Shown: positions 27,357 to 40,334 of the stretch, in pieces
Layout of the letters: each line of letters begins with the position of its first letter
Position numbering within the stretch: position 1 is the first letter of the stretch
Origin: Eledone cirrhosa
Taxonomy: Eukaryota
Direction of reading: 5' to 3'
Length of the DNA: 64,000 nt
Assembly: GCA_964016885.1 (NCBI GenBank)
Contig: OZ024765.1
Location: 12,958,001 to 13,022,000 of the forward strand
Made by a program: the position numbers and the translations under genes
The notes under the pieces: model-generated
Told to the model about the DNA's origin: nothing
The model's input: the letters and a program-made list of their open reading frames with translations, nothing else
The model's database searches: none

Positions 27357-28936
27357 CAAGGTGGACAAAGAAGTGGGTCCAGAAGTATCTCCCATCTTTT
27401 CTTTGTTGATGACCTGAAGTTGTATGGGCCAAATATCAATGACATCAAGAAACAATTGGACCTCATTACACAATTTTCAACTGACATCAAAATGAAATTT
27501 GGTGAGTCCATGTGTGCATATTTGGCAGTAAAACGTGGAAGAGCTGTGCCCTCCTCTAGAAATCTAGAGATGAACGGCCTGACAATACAACCTCTACAGT
27601 CAGGTGACAACTACAGATATCTTGGACAGGATGAGAATGTCAGATATGATGGACCCATAAATAAGGAGAGAACCAGAACTGAATACCTCAGAAGAGTAAA
27701 GAAAATATGGTCATCAGAACTGTCAGTGTACAACAAATACATTGCCCACAATACTTATGCTGTGCCAATTCTAACGCCAACATTTGGCCTGCTGAACTGG
27801 TCATTGCAAGAACTAAGTGAGATGGATGTTAGAACTCGCAAACTTCTCAGTGTTACTGGGAACTTTAACATCAATGGTGATGTGGATAGGCTATACTTCT
27901 CACGCAAGGAAGGTGGCCAGGGTCTAAAATCAATATTAACAACATATGAGACCCGGATAGTAACACTGAAGCAACACCTTCAACAGAGGAAAAAGGTTGG
28001 CAACCATCTTGCCCAGGTTTATGAGCATGAAAAAAAAAATATCATTAGAATAGCGACTGATCTGGAGGAGAGATATGGAATAAAGCCTGATATAAATCTC
28101 TCACCGAGAGAAATCGGAAGATCCTATTCAATGTTCAAACAAGATAAAAAAATTGACCAATTTACAGAAAAAGTTGTGCATGGATACTTAAGACGTAAAA
28201 CACAGACCATAGAGAGGATAAACCACTCAAAAAGCCTGGCATGGAGTTCCGACAAGTTTATGACATCACACCTTGAGGGATATCTCTATGCAATACAGGA
28301 ACAAGAACTCCCTACCAAATATCTGCTGCACAAAAGAGGAGGGCCAGCAGCTGACAATAAATGTAGGCTATGTAAAACAAAGATTGAGGATGTAAGCCAC
28401 ATTGTTGCCAGCTGCGAAAGAATGTCATCTCGCTACTACCTCCCCATGAGACACGATGGGATAGCTAGAACCATCTGGAACGCACTTCGGAAAACAAAAT
28501 TAACAACAAATGAGGAAGAATATATTGAGACAGATGGCACTAAGGAATACTAGTGGAACCTGAAAATAAAAACTGCCACCAAATTAAAGCACAACCGGCC
28601 TGATATTGTTGTTTGGGACCACACATTGAAAACGTGTTCTGTTGTGGAGATCAGCTCTGCCCACTTGATGTAAACGTTGTCAGAAAAATACAGGAGAAGG
28701 AGGACATCTACGGACCATTGATGAGGAGTTTACAAATCCAGTATCCAAGATACACCTTTAGCTTCATACCCATCATTATTGGAGCTACAGGTTATATGCC
28801 AACCCGCTTGGACCAAAGTATGACTGAACTTGGATTTGCGGACAAAAAGCGCAGCTCCCTAATTCATAGTCTACAAATGGCTGCGATAGCTGGCACCTTC
28901 AAAATTTGCAAAACATTCTTGCGATTCAAGGGATGA
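27357..28936 (+). pseudogene. 5'-truncated R4/Dong-like non-LTR retrotransposon ORF (RT C-half, CCHC knuckle, restriction-like endonuclease)
   Basis: ISHLFFVDDLKLY (RT YxDD-type motif), YRYLG, CRLCKTKIEDVSHIVASC, RHDG, then HNRPDIVVWD...VVEIS/CP...KEDIY. Premature TAG at 28551 and a frameshift near 28655. The N-terminal part of the track ORF is (TACA)n. Confidence 0.9.
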
Positions 28937-29109
28937 CAATTTCTTTTCTTTTACAACCTTGCCACCAGGAAGGTGGCCAGTCAAAAAAATATACTCGAAA
29001 TTAAGAGAAAGAGATAAACATACGCCCATATATACTACAAAAAGGTGAGGATAATAACAAAAAGGGAAATCTTGAAGGGGTAGAAAGGGCTCTATACTCA
29101 ATTACACAC

Positions 29110-29615
29110 CACAGCATGGGGCCCTGTCAAGTAACATGCTGACAGCATTGATAATGCTGGGTGATAGCTAGATTGAGGTGCATAACCAAGTACCCTTGAC
29201 AGGGGCACTACCTGATACCTTAGTAATGCCAGGTTAAGGGGCTGGCATACCCAAGTGCCCTCAGCATAATGTAGTACCTTTGACAGGGGTGTTACCTGAT
29301 ATCTTAGTAATGCCAGGTTAAGGGGCTGGCATACCCAAGTGCCCTCACCATAATGTAGTACCTTTGACAGGGGTGTTACCTGATATCTTAGTAATGCCAG
29401 GTTAAGGGGCTGGCATACCCAAGTACCCTTGACAGGGGTGTTACTTTATTACCTGATACCTCAGTAATAACAGTTAAAGGGGCTGTTATAACCAAGTATC
29501 CTCGACAGCTGTATTACCTGATACCTCAGTAATGTCAGGTAAAGGGGCTGGCATAACAAAGTACTGTTGTTAGGGACATTAACCTGATACATTGTTAAGG
29601 TTGGGTGATAGCAAG
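29110..29615. repeat. Degenerate 60-90-bp tandem repeats
   Basis: Recurring TTGACAGGGGTGTTACCTGATATCTTAGTAATGCCAGGTTAAGGGGCTGGCATACCCAAGT. Confidence 0.8.
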
Positions 29616-30029
29616 GCTAAAGCAGGGGCGGTGGAACTGGAGGAGTCATGCCCCCCCCCCTCCCTCCCCATAATTATATTTCTCTCCCTAAACTACCAAA
29701 AACACTCATCTATATATTCACTACAATATATGTACATGTTATGTTTATCACATATCAAAGTTTTTTTTTTTTATATCTTGGTTGATATTTGATAATAACA
29801 GCTAAACTAATCACTGCAACTAAACTGACCAAATTTGACCAGATTTACTATTGCGCTTAGGTGTGCACAGGGCCACGTTTGTCGGCGGTGGCATCTTCCT
29901 GCCCACCAAAAAATGTTTACGATGAATTTTTCAAATGTAAAATGTTGAAAGAGTCCTCATAACTTAACTCGCACATGGTCTCATTTCTCCTAAATCTGGC
30001 ACTGTTGGTAAGGCCAGGTAGTAACTAAG

Positions 30030-31385
30030 TTAAGGCTCTGGAATGACCAAGAACCCTCACTGTGACCATCAGTTGACACCTTGGTAAGGTGAGGTGACAG
30101 TGAGATTAAGGCCCTGGAATAACCAAGCACCCTTGCTGTGACCATCACTTTACACCTCGGTATGGTGAAGTGATAGCTAGTTTAAGGTGCTGGAATAACC
30201 AAGTACCCTTGCTGTGACCATCCCTTTACACCTCAGTATGGTGAAGTGATAGCTAATTTAAGGTGCTGGAATAACCAAGTACCCTTGCTGTGACCATCTC
30301 TTGGCACCTCGGTATGGTGAAGTGATAGCTAGTTTAAGGTGCTGGAATAACCAAGTACCCTTGCTGTGACCATCTCTTTACACCTCAGTATGGTGAAGTG
30401 ATATCTAGTTTAAGGTGCTGGAATAACCAAGTACCCTTGCTGTGACCATCTCTTGGCACCTCGGTATGGTGAAGTGATAGCTAGTTTAAGGTGCTGGAAT
30501 AACCAAGCACCCTTGCTGTGACCATCTCTTGGCACCTCGGTATGGTGAAGTGATATCTAGTTTAAGGTGCTGGAATAACCAAGCACCCTTGCTGTGACCA
30601 TCTCTTGGCACCTCGGTATGGTGAAGTGATAGCTAGTTTAAGGTGCTGGAATAACCAAGTACCCTTGCTGTGACCATCTCTTTACACCTCAGTATGGTGA
30701 AGTGATAGCTAGTTTAAGGTGCTGGAATAACCAAGCACCCTTGCTGTGACCATCTCTTGGCACCTCGGTATGGTGAAGTGATAGCTAGTTTAAGGTGCTG
30801 GAATAACCAAGTACCCTTGCTGTGACCATCTCTTTACACCTCAGTATGGTGAAGTGATAGCTAGTTTAAGGTGCTGGAATAACCAAGTACCCTTGCTGTG
30901 ACCATCTCTTGGCACCTCGGTATGGTGAAGTGATAGCTAGTTTAAGGTGCTGGAATAACCAAGCACCCTTGCTGTGACCATCTCTTTACACCTCAGTATG
31001 GTGAAGTGATAGCTAGTTTAAGGTGCTGGAATAACCAAGCACCCTTGCTGTGACCATCTCTTGGCACCTCGGTATGGTGAAGTGATAGCTAGTTTAAGGT
31101 GCTGGAATAACCAAGCACCCTTGCTGTGACCATCTCTTGGCACCTCGGTATGGTGAAGTGATAGCTAGTTTAAGGTGCTGGAATAACCAAGTACCCTTGC
31201 TGTGACCATCTCTTTACACCTCAGTATGGTGAAGTGATAGCTAGTTTAAGGTGCTGGAATAACCAAGTACCCTTGCTGTGACCATCTCTTTACACCTCGG
31301 TATGGTGAAGTGATAGCTAGTTTAAGGTGCTGAAATAGCGAAGAACCCTTGCTGTGATCATCATTTAACACCTCAGTATGGTGAG
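30030..31385. repeat. 76-bp tandem satellite, about 17-18 copies
   Basis: Unit GGTGCTGGAATAACCAAGTACCCTTGCTGTGACCATCTCTTTACACCTCAGTATGGTGAAGTGATAGCTAGTTTAA, with starts at 30186 and 30262. Confidence 0.95.
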
Positions 31386-32036
31386 CCACCAACAACGACA
31401 AAAACCTCGTTGTTAATGGCCCAACTCTGGCAAATGTCTCAAACATCACGGGGCTGAATTAAAATAATAAAAAAAAAACATAATATCTTCCTGGTAATTC
31501 CTGGTATTTTAGACAAGTTATTTTGCTGGGCTACAGATGCAGTGACCCTCACCTTTATCGCAGCATCCGGGATGTGGCAAAGGGCACAAGTGTCACTAAC
31601 TGTGCCATCCCAAAGGTTTTATAAATGTCACTCACTCTAGGAGTAATTGTTCATGTTAAGGTAACAGGGGGTAGACCCCTGAATGAAAATGAGTCATTTA
31701 TTTAATATATTATTATTATCTTGGCAGTATCGGTAGAGAGTCGGACGCCATGCTTTCCAGCATAGTTACGTCCCTTTACGATCTGAGTTCAAATCCCGCC
31801 GAGGTTGACTTTGCCTTTCATCCTTACGGGGTCGATAAAATAAAGTACCAGTAATGGACTGGGTAATTGCTGGCCTTGTGCCTAAAGTAGAAACAATTAT
31901 TTATATTTTTTGGTAATTTTTATAAACATATTCATAATCTATATGTTTGAAAATGTATCTCTGCCATTACTGAGATGCATTTTCAAAATATGCTTTATTA
32001 AGAAAGTTATGAGGAAACATTCCACACACACACACA

Positions 32037-32530
32037 TCATCATCATCATCATCTTCGTTTAACGTCCATCTTCCACACTAACATGGTTTAGACGGGAGTT
32101 GTCCCACTTGAGGCAAGGTTGGTCGGGTGACCGTGTCTCGCTCGTATAGGACTATTTCTGGCAGGTTTTCTATGGCTGGATGCCCTTCCTAACACCAACC
32201 TCATTTACAGTGTGGACTGGGAGCTTTTTACCCTGTTACCTACACAGCCACATTACAGTGTGGACTGTGTTTTTTTACTGTGTTACCTACACGACCACAT
32301 AACAGTGTGGACTGTGTGTGTTTTTACTGTTACCTACACGACCACATTACAGTGTGGACTGTGTGTTTTTTTGTCATGACACCTACACGACCTCAATCTC
32401 ATTATCTCATTTATTTGGACTGGATGTTGTGGTACCAACTTTACAGAGAGAGGGTGGTGTTAGTGGGAGTGGGAAGATAAGGTAGAGGTAGAGGATTGGG
32501 GTGTATATTTGGTTAATAGGTGTCTACTGT
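32037..32530 (-). mobile_element. RTE 3' UTR-only copy
   Basis: Reverse complement of 33340-33725. Related copies at 2555-2700, 2720-2920, 40780-41155, 52137-53150, 58696-59000 and 61752-62133. Confidence 0.75.
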
Positions 32531-32544
32531 ATATGTATATACAT

Positions 32545-33725
32545 TTCTGGGAAATGGTCGTGCTCGGTGTGTAGGAAAGGCGTAGGTAGAAACTCCATTT
32601 TGTGTCCTAAATGCAAAGTATGGGTGCATAAAAGATGTAGTGGGATCACAGGTAAGCTAACTAAGAACATAGATTTTACATGTGGCCGGTGTTCTGGTGC
32701 AATAAGTAGCAGCAAGTGCCCACACAATACTAGCTCTTTCAATTGCGCAGAGGGTTCTATAGAAATAGTGGACAGCTTCCGTTACCTGGGCGATAAAATC
32801 AGCAGTGGGGGAGGGTGCTCTGAAAGTACTGTAGCTAGAGTCAGAACTGGTTGGAAAAAGTTCAGAGAGCTTATACCACTATTAGCTGCTAAAGGGTTCT
32901 CCCTAAAAATGAAAGGCAGGTTGTACGATGCCTGCATACGAACAGCAATGTTGCATGGCAGTGAGACCTGGGCATTGTGTGCAGAGGATATACGCAGACT
33001 AGAGAGGAACGAAGCTTGCATGCTCCGCTGGATGTGTAACAGTAATATACGTGAACGGCAAAGCATAAACGAACTAAGGAAAAAATTAGAGATAAGAGGG
33101 ATCAGATGTTGTTTACTCGAGAGAAGGCTACGTTGGTATGGACACGTGATGCGCATGAAAGTCGATAGCTGTATAACAAAGTGCAGGGCAATAAAGATAG
33201 ACGGTAGCCACGGAATAGGCAGACCTAGAAAAACCTGGGACGAGCTGATAAACTCCGACCTCACACACTTACACCTCTCCAAGACAATGTCACTGGACCG
33301 AGACCTTTGGCGGTACTCAGTAACAGAGAAGACCCGCCTTGCCAGTAGGCATCTCTAACAAAATACACCCCGTCCCACCACCACCACCCCCACCCCCACC
33401 CCATCCACACCACCCCGTCCTATGTAAAGTTATGTTGGTGCCGCGCCATCCGGGCCGAAACAAATGAGATCGTGTAGGTGTCACGACAAAAAAACACACA
33501 GTCCACGCTGTAATGTGGCCGTGTAGGCAACACGGTAAAAACCTCCCAGACCCACACTGTAAATGTGGTTGGTGTTAGGAAGGGCATCCAACTGTAGAAA
33601 ACCTGCCAGACAGTCCTATGCGAGCAAGACAATCACTCTTGCCTCAAGTGGGACTACCCCCGTCCAAACCCATGCAAGCGTGGAACACGGACGTTAAACG
33701 TTGATGATGATGATGATGATGATGA
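32545..33725 (+). mobile_element. 5'-truncated RTE-clade LINE (Cys-rich PHD-like finger, RT thumb/C-terminus, 3' UTR, (GAT)n tail)
   Basis: [28 protein letters not shown]...CGRC, VDSFRYLG, MLHGSETW, RRLRWYGHVMR, GRPRKTW. Open to the stop at 33358. Confidence 0.9.
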
Positions 33726-33737
33726 TATATATATATA

Positions 33738-34131
33738 CGAGGGTAATCCCAAAAGTAAGGTCTTCAAAGCGATGGGGACGCAGAGAAACTGTTCGTACGG
33801 CTGTTGGCAACACTGTTGTGATTGGTGCTTCCTTCACTCCCAAACAAGCATGCACGCACTTCTCTGGGATGCTCAATCTTGGCTTGGCAGCCGTTGAGAA
33901 TGGAGCTCCCATTAAACACTACCTCCAAGTGTGAATTTCGCACAGTTATTATATACGAGGGCAATCCCAAAAGTAAGGTCTCCTTCTGAGGAAAACATGT
34001 GTAAAGATCGGCGGATCACTCTGGATGCTCTCTGCATTCTGGTTCCTGAGGTTTCCCGAAGCACCATCCACAGGATTTTAACGGAAGAGTTGCAATATCG
34101 GAAGGAGACCTTACTTTTGGGATTGCCCTCG
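33738..34131 (+). mobile_element. Mariner-derived MITE (33956-34131) with an extra upstream left TIR at 33738
   Basis: TA-CGAGGGCAATCCCAAAAGTAAGGTCTCC ... GGAGACCTTACTTTTGGGATTGCCCTCG-TA. Interior DRRITLDALCILVPEVSRSTIHRILTEELQYRK is a mariner HTH remnant. Confidence 0.85.
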
Positions 34132-34275
34132 TATATACACACACATAAGATGACATAACTACAACTTCAGAGCCCCCACATGTATATATATATATATATA
34201 TATATATACATAAAGTGTGTGTGTGTGTGTGTATATAAATATATATATATATATATATAAAGTGTGTGTGTGTGT

Positions 34276-34329
<54 letters not shown>

Positions 34330-34370
34330 CGAAACATAAGTCAATTGCATGAACTCATAATCCTTTATTT

Positions 34371-34426
34371 ACTGCTATATATATTTCGATGATAGCCATT
34401 GAATGGCTATGACCTCATCAGGCAGT
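34371..34426 (-). ncRNA. Type I hammerhead ribozyme, intact
   Basis: Minus strand ACTGC CTGATGA GGT C ATAGCCAT TCA ATGGCTAT C ATC GAAA TATATATA GCAGT. Confidence 0.9.
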
Positions 34427-35080
34427 TAGTCAGTTCTTAGATATGCCAGCTCTGTGTTTATAGTGTTCGGACATATATATATATAAAGTCTATGTGTGCG
34501 TATATAGATATATAGATAAATAAATAACAGGACTAGAACTGTTTCATTTGAAGGAAATCATCAGGAATGAGGACCTTACTTACTGTGGTTGCCCCCAATT
34601 GAAACCAGGGCTCACGTATCTATCTATCTATCTAAGTTTTATGAAAGGTGGGTGAAAGTGCCGAGAATGGCCCGAGTGAATGGGCCTTCTCTCTATATCA
34701 GCCTGTAGGTTGAGGAAAAAGAGGAAGAGAGGAAAGGGGTACTCACTCTTCGTACTCCCAGAGATGAGGGTTGCACGTTTTTTTTTCAGGGTATGTGTTA
34801 CCCATATGAACTGTCTCCCCCTATTGGGGAAAATCGATTAATTTTTAAATTGCATTTGTGATAATATTTTACACGTTTTTATTGTATGTAAACTTCCCCC
34901 TTTGTATTTGTCCCCTTCTTTTGTGCCCCTGTGGATAATAAAGAAACATATCTATCTATCTATGTATATATTCATATATATCATCATCATCGTTTAACGT
35001 CTATCTTCCACGTTAGCATGGGTTAGATTGATCAGGTGACCGTGTCTCGCTCGTATAAGACTGTATTGGACACACACACA

Positions 35081-35292
<212 letters not shown>

Positions 35293-36072
35293 CACGCACA
35301 CACACATATATATATATATACACACACACACACACCTAAAGGCTATGTAATTACAGAGTGCTGCCCTCACCTGACTTTGTCTCTTCATAACTTTCTTAAT
35401 ATATATTTTACTGTGATATATTACAAACGTCTACATTACGAATATATTAATAAAACTAACAACTCCTTTTTATTATGATTTATGCCATTGTGCACTTTTA
35501 CTCGACCTTATTGTAAAGCCCCACTGTCCCTGTCTTTGTATTGTCCCCTACAAGTCGGCCCTTGTGGCTAATAAATGAATTATGATGTTTTGAACAAATA
35601 TGGCCTTGAAAACCTGTTTTAATTTTACTGGTCTTGTAAATGTCACTGTTTGTGTGTGTATATATGATATTTATATAGCTTCAGTTTAATTGTTTCTCTG
35701 GGTTGATATTTTATCTTTTCATTGAGATGTCTGAATATATTAGAGATAAATAACTTTTTGATATATATATATATCAGACTGAATAAAAAATGGCGTAGAC
35801 ATACAACACAACAGGAGGAAAAAATATAACACCACTGACGATGTTGCAGATGTGCAACGAAAGATTTAAATTATGTAAACTATATATATGTGTTTGTGTC
35901 TATATTGTACCTGTATTATTTTTGACCGTCGGTCAGTCAATGGCAACATTGGGGACCGATTAAGTTAGATCGCAGATATAAAAGACAGCGAGAAGCGAAA
36001 ACCAACCAAACAGTGAGTGTGTTCTGTTATTAATTCTGGCAATATTACACAAATATGACCCTCCCCAAGTAT

Positions 36073-36108
<36 letters not shown>

Positions 36109-37499
36109 TATAAAATATGTCCATAGAATCATTTGATAAGATATATACACCATTTATATATATATAAGAAAAAAGTCAGGAACCCTGACTTATTTCCTAT
36201 TACCCACTCTAAGTATTGAGTACTTTGGTGCATTATGGTCTACCTGGTATCTTACCACACCCTCTTCGGTGGTTTGGCAGTATCGGTAGAGCGTCAGACA
36301 CCATGTTTTGCAGCATAGAGTTATGGCCCTTTGCGTTCTGAGTTCACATCCGCTGAGGTTAACTTTGCCTTTCATCCTTACGAGGTCGATAAAATAAAGT
36401 ACCAGTGGTGCACTGGGGTAATCGCTGGCCTTGTGCCAAAAGTAGAAACTATACATCAGATAAAATGCTTTATGGTATTCATTCTGAGTTTAAATCCCGC
36501 CGAGGTCAACTTTGCCTTTCATCCTTTCTAGGTCGATAAAAAAAAGTACCAGTCTTATACTGAGGTGGATTCTTCCTCTATATCTCTTTCTCATTCCCTC
36601 TCTCTCACTTTCTATCTTTCTCTGGAAGAAATCTACTGGAGAGGGAAGGGTTCTGCCAGGCTTATAATGCCCAAGAAATGCTGTATGTCAACACGCCACC
36701 CCTACGACTCTGTCAGGAGTTACGGGACATTACATACATTCATTCATATATATATACATACATACATACACACAGTTATGGAGTGCGCATTAACATGGAA
36801 CTTTTACCCCTCAAGTCAGTGATATAGCTTTGCTGTTATAATAAAATATACACACCTCATTTCACATGTATTGAGTTTTACTTAGCAAAAACAGTTTTAG
36901 TCCTGTAGAAGCCATTTCTATATTACATTTTATATATACTCTATTAATGTATTGAGTACCTTACTTACTTTGGTTGCCTCTGATTGAACTCAGGAAACAC
37001 ACACGTATATATATATATATATATATATTTACACCTTCATCTTGTAAAATGCAAAGCACATTCGCCAGTCTGCATTTTGACATATATTGTATATTACATT
37101 ATATTATATACCAGATCATATTATATTTTTTCTTGACCCAAAGAACACATCCATTTTGTTAACATATTTTTAATAAAAGACACTGCCTATTATTTTCAAA
37201 TGATTTGGGAAATAATTAAGAATTTGAAGGGATTTAGCAATGTAACTAAGCTGATCTTTGGAACATAACAGAGGCCCTTACATAGAACTATGATGGAAGG
37301 GTTTTAGATAAATACAAACACTTTAACTCTTTCGTTACTATATTTCTAATGAAAGACTGATTTTCAATTAATTTTCACAACAATCTAGATTTTGGATTGA
37401 TTTTGTATAACTAACTTTCTCATTATTTATCTAACCTTTGGAACATAACTTTACAAAGGTTCTTACATAAAATTATGATGTAAGGTTTTTAGATAAATA

Positions 37500-37601
37500 C
37501 AGAATGTCCCAAATAATGTATACACACTTTCATTATCTGCACAGGCAATATTTATAAGAATGCTGTTGAAGTGTGTATACAGTTTTGGGAGACACCATGT
37601 A
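37500..37601. mobile_element. Tc1/mariner-type MITE nested in a TTAA-ended element (about 37322-37677)
   Basis: TA-CAGAATGTCCCAAATAATGTATACACACTT ... AAGTGTGTATACAGTTTTGGGAGACACCATG-TA. Confidence 0.6.
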
Positions 37602-37993
37602 TATACACTTTAAAACAAACATCTTTGTTTCATAGAACCAGGATTGGTTTCAGGTGGTTTGGTCCCAAAGGTGTTAAACAATTTTGGAGTAGCATATATA
37701 TATTGTTTAGAAATATTATTGGTGTCTTAGGTTGTCTTGTATTCTTCTTAACCACTACCTTGTCAGTGGAATGTGGTAGATGAGAAAAGCAGTCACTCCA
37801 CGTGTGTTTAGGTGTGTGTGTATTTATATATATATAGAGAGAGATGTGAGACAAACCACAACAGAAACACAAACCCTCCATCTCAATTTTACTTTTGAAA
37901 AGCATAACAACTGTGAAACCGAAAAAGTAAATAAATAAATATTCTTAAAAGACTCCAGTTGCATTTTCAAATTCTTTTCCTTTTATATATATA

Positions 37994-39010
37994 TCTATAT
38001 ATATAAAACTGTGGTTGTCTGTCTGTCTATCGATTTTTGGCACACATCTCCTCTTAGAATCTCTCACGGAATTGCACCGAAATTGCTATACTTGTACATT
38101 GAGCCCTAGCGAAGACATCGGAAAAAAAAAATTTCAAATTGACCCGCCCTATCTCACGAAATCGAATATAATGTATCGATTTTTGAGCGTAAGTGATCAG
38201 TTATTTCCCTTTGTTCTGTTTACATTGAGCGTCTGCGTGCAAAAATTAAAAAAATTACGCTGGCTTTCTCAGCGTTTAAAATGACATTAACACAATAATT
38301 TTTACTTGAAAACAAGTCTATTTAAAGACTACGTAAAACAAGCAAATATTTCGTAAAAAAAAGCAAAAATTATATAAGTTTATTTAAAATATATGTATCT
38401 GTAAATTTCGTTAGGCGTGCAGTCAGTTTTATATATATAGATGATAAACAATAATATCCTCTATGAGGTCACTAAACCTGCTAGAAACAGCAGCTAACTC
38501 TCCCTCATATCACACCACTCCCTACTGTCTTAAATTTAGAAAACACATATCCTCTATGAGGTCACTAAACCTGCTAGAAACAGCAGCTAACTCTCCCTCA
38601 TATCACACCACTCCCTACTGTCTTAAATTTAGAAAACACATATCCTCTATGAGGTCACTAAACCTGCTAGAAACAACAGCTAACTCTCCCTCATATCACA
38701 ACCCTCCCTACTGTCTTAAATTTAGAAAACACACAGACAACCATGCAGAACAACTCCATCGCAGTTCTGTTGTTCGGCTGGCATCGTCTACTCGCGTGTT
38801 GCGCAAGTACTGTGAAACAATAAATTTCAACACTTTTTTGCACAGAGAAACTACACTTTTTTGCATAGGCGAAACTACAATTGTCACTGCTGGCGCAGCT
38901 CATGCTTCCAGGTCTGCAATTCATTCACCCAGTGCCTGGTAGACAAAAAAGTGCTGCAACCTAACTTTGGTAACTTAATGACCCCGAGCAACGCCGGGCT
39001 TTAATGCTAG
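37994..39010 (+). mobile_element. Non-autonomous Helitron
   Basis: 5' end A|TCTATATATATAAAA followed by (GTCT)n. Subterminal hairpin CCCGAGCAACGCCGGG and 3' end CTAG|T. Confidence 0.75.
38456..38733. repeat. 93-bp unit x3 inside the Helitron
   Basis: ATCCTCTATGAGGTCACTAAACCTGCTAGAAAC starts at 38456, 38549 and 38642. Confidence 0.95.
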
Positions 39011-39026
39011 TATATATATATATATA

Positions 39027-40100
39027 TCATTTTTTCATCATTTCATTTTACGTCCGCTTTTTCCCTGCTTGCAAGGGTGGGACGGGAACTGATTCTGGCT
39101 TGATTTCTACAGCTGGATGCCCTTCCTAACACCAACCTCATTTACAGTGAGTGCTGGGTGCTTTTTTTTTGCCGTAGCACCTCCACTTTACAGTGGAATG
39201 ATATGGACCCCAGTCCCTATCATCTCATTTCTACAGCTGAGTAAACTGGAGCAATGGGAAATAAAGTGTCTTGCTCAAGGAAACAACACATCACTCGGTC
39301 TGAGAATTGAACTCACAACCTTTCGATTGCAAGGCCAATGCTCTAACCACTAAGCTATGTGCCTCCATATATATATATATATATATACAATGCTTATATA
39401 TATATATATATATATAAATAATAGAAAACGAAAAATCAGTGATGCGTCTAATGATTTCGGAGCATATTCTCTCACTGTGAGAGAATATGCTCCGAAATCA
39501 TTAGAAGTGTCCGTCGAACCTGCGGGTCCAGAATCAGACAGATCCACACAATGATCGCGTCTCAAGCTGTCCTCCGGTGAAACAATTGTAACACCCAATA
39601 AATTGAGTTCAGATGCATCACTCATTTTTCGTTTTCTATTATATCATACTCTGCTCTGTAAGAGCATAGAGTGCTCAACCGGCATACCGCCTGTGGAAGC
39701 ATCTTAGCTACCATCAGACACACATACACATATATATATATAATGCTTATATCATTCATCATTTCATCATTTCATTTTACGTCCGCTTTTTCCCTGCTTG
39801 CAAGGGTGGGACGGGAACTGATTCTGGCTTGATTTCTACAGCTGGATGCCCTTCCTAACACCAACCTCATTTACAGTGAGTGCTGGGTGCTTTTTTTTTT
39901 GCCGTAGCACCTCCACGTCCACTTTACAGTGGAATGATATGGACCCCAGTCCCTATCATCTCATTTCTACAGCTGAGTAAACTGGAGCAATGTGAAATAA
40001 AGTGTCTTGCTTAAGGAAACAACACATCACCGGTCTGAGAATTGAACTCACAACCTTTCAATTGCAAGGCCAATGCTCTAACCACTAAGCCATGTGCCTC
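39027..40100 (-). mobile_element. Two SINE family B copies (39027-39366, 39755-40100)
   Basis: Near-identical to 1952-2291. The second copy is flanked by AATGCTTATAT on both sides, a possible TSD. Confidence 0.85.
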
Positions 40101-40282
40101 TATATATATATATATCTACACAATGCTTATATATATATATATATATTGGTGAAGGACATGGCTGACTGGTTAGAGAATTGGATTTGCAATTGTGAGGTTG
40201 TGAGTTCAATCAGGGGTAACCACAGTAAGTAAGGTACTCAATACATTAGTAGAGTAATTACAACAAAATTTAATATAGAAAT

Positions 40283-40334
40283 GGCTTCTACAGGACTAGA
40301 ACTGTTTCATTTGAAAGAAATCGTCGGGAAAGCC
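40283..40334 (-). ncRNA. Hammerhead-like motif, second family (core CCGACGA)
   Basis: Minus strand GGCTTTC CCGACGA TTTCTTTCAAAT GAAA CAG TTCTAGTC CTG TA GAAGCC. The sister copy at 34526-34569 has canonical CTGATGA. Partial copies at 1-10, 6865-6893, 36888-36913 and 63180-63210. Confidence 0.55.

Noticed and set aside
30030-31385. CRISPR-like appearance of regular arrays (also 48660-49342, 52290-53030, 55085-56510)
   Set aside because: Units are contiguous with no unique spacers, no cas genes are present, and the context is eukaryotic.
31537-31625. Possible exon after CTACAG
   Set aside because: No recognisable peptide in any frame and only a weak donor.
35828-35895. Complete hammerhead at CTGACGA T GTTGCA GATG TGCAAC GAAA
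   Set aside because: Core and stem II are good but no stem I partner follows a valid NUH, so it was counted only as a partial motif.
38463-38942. 159-aa ORF with 31-aa repeats
   Set aside because: Product of a 93-bp tandem triplication inside a Helitron, with no protein signal.
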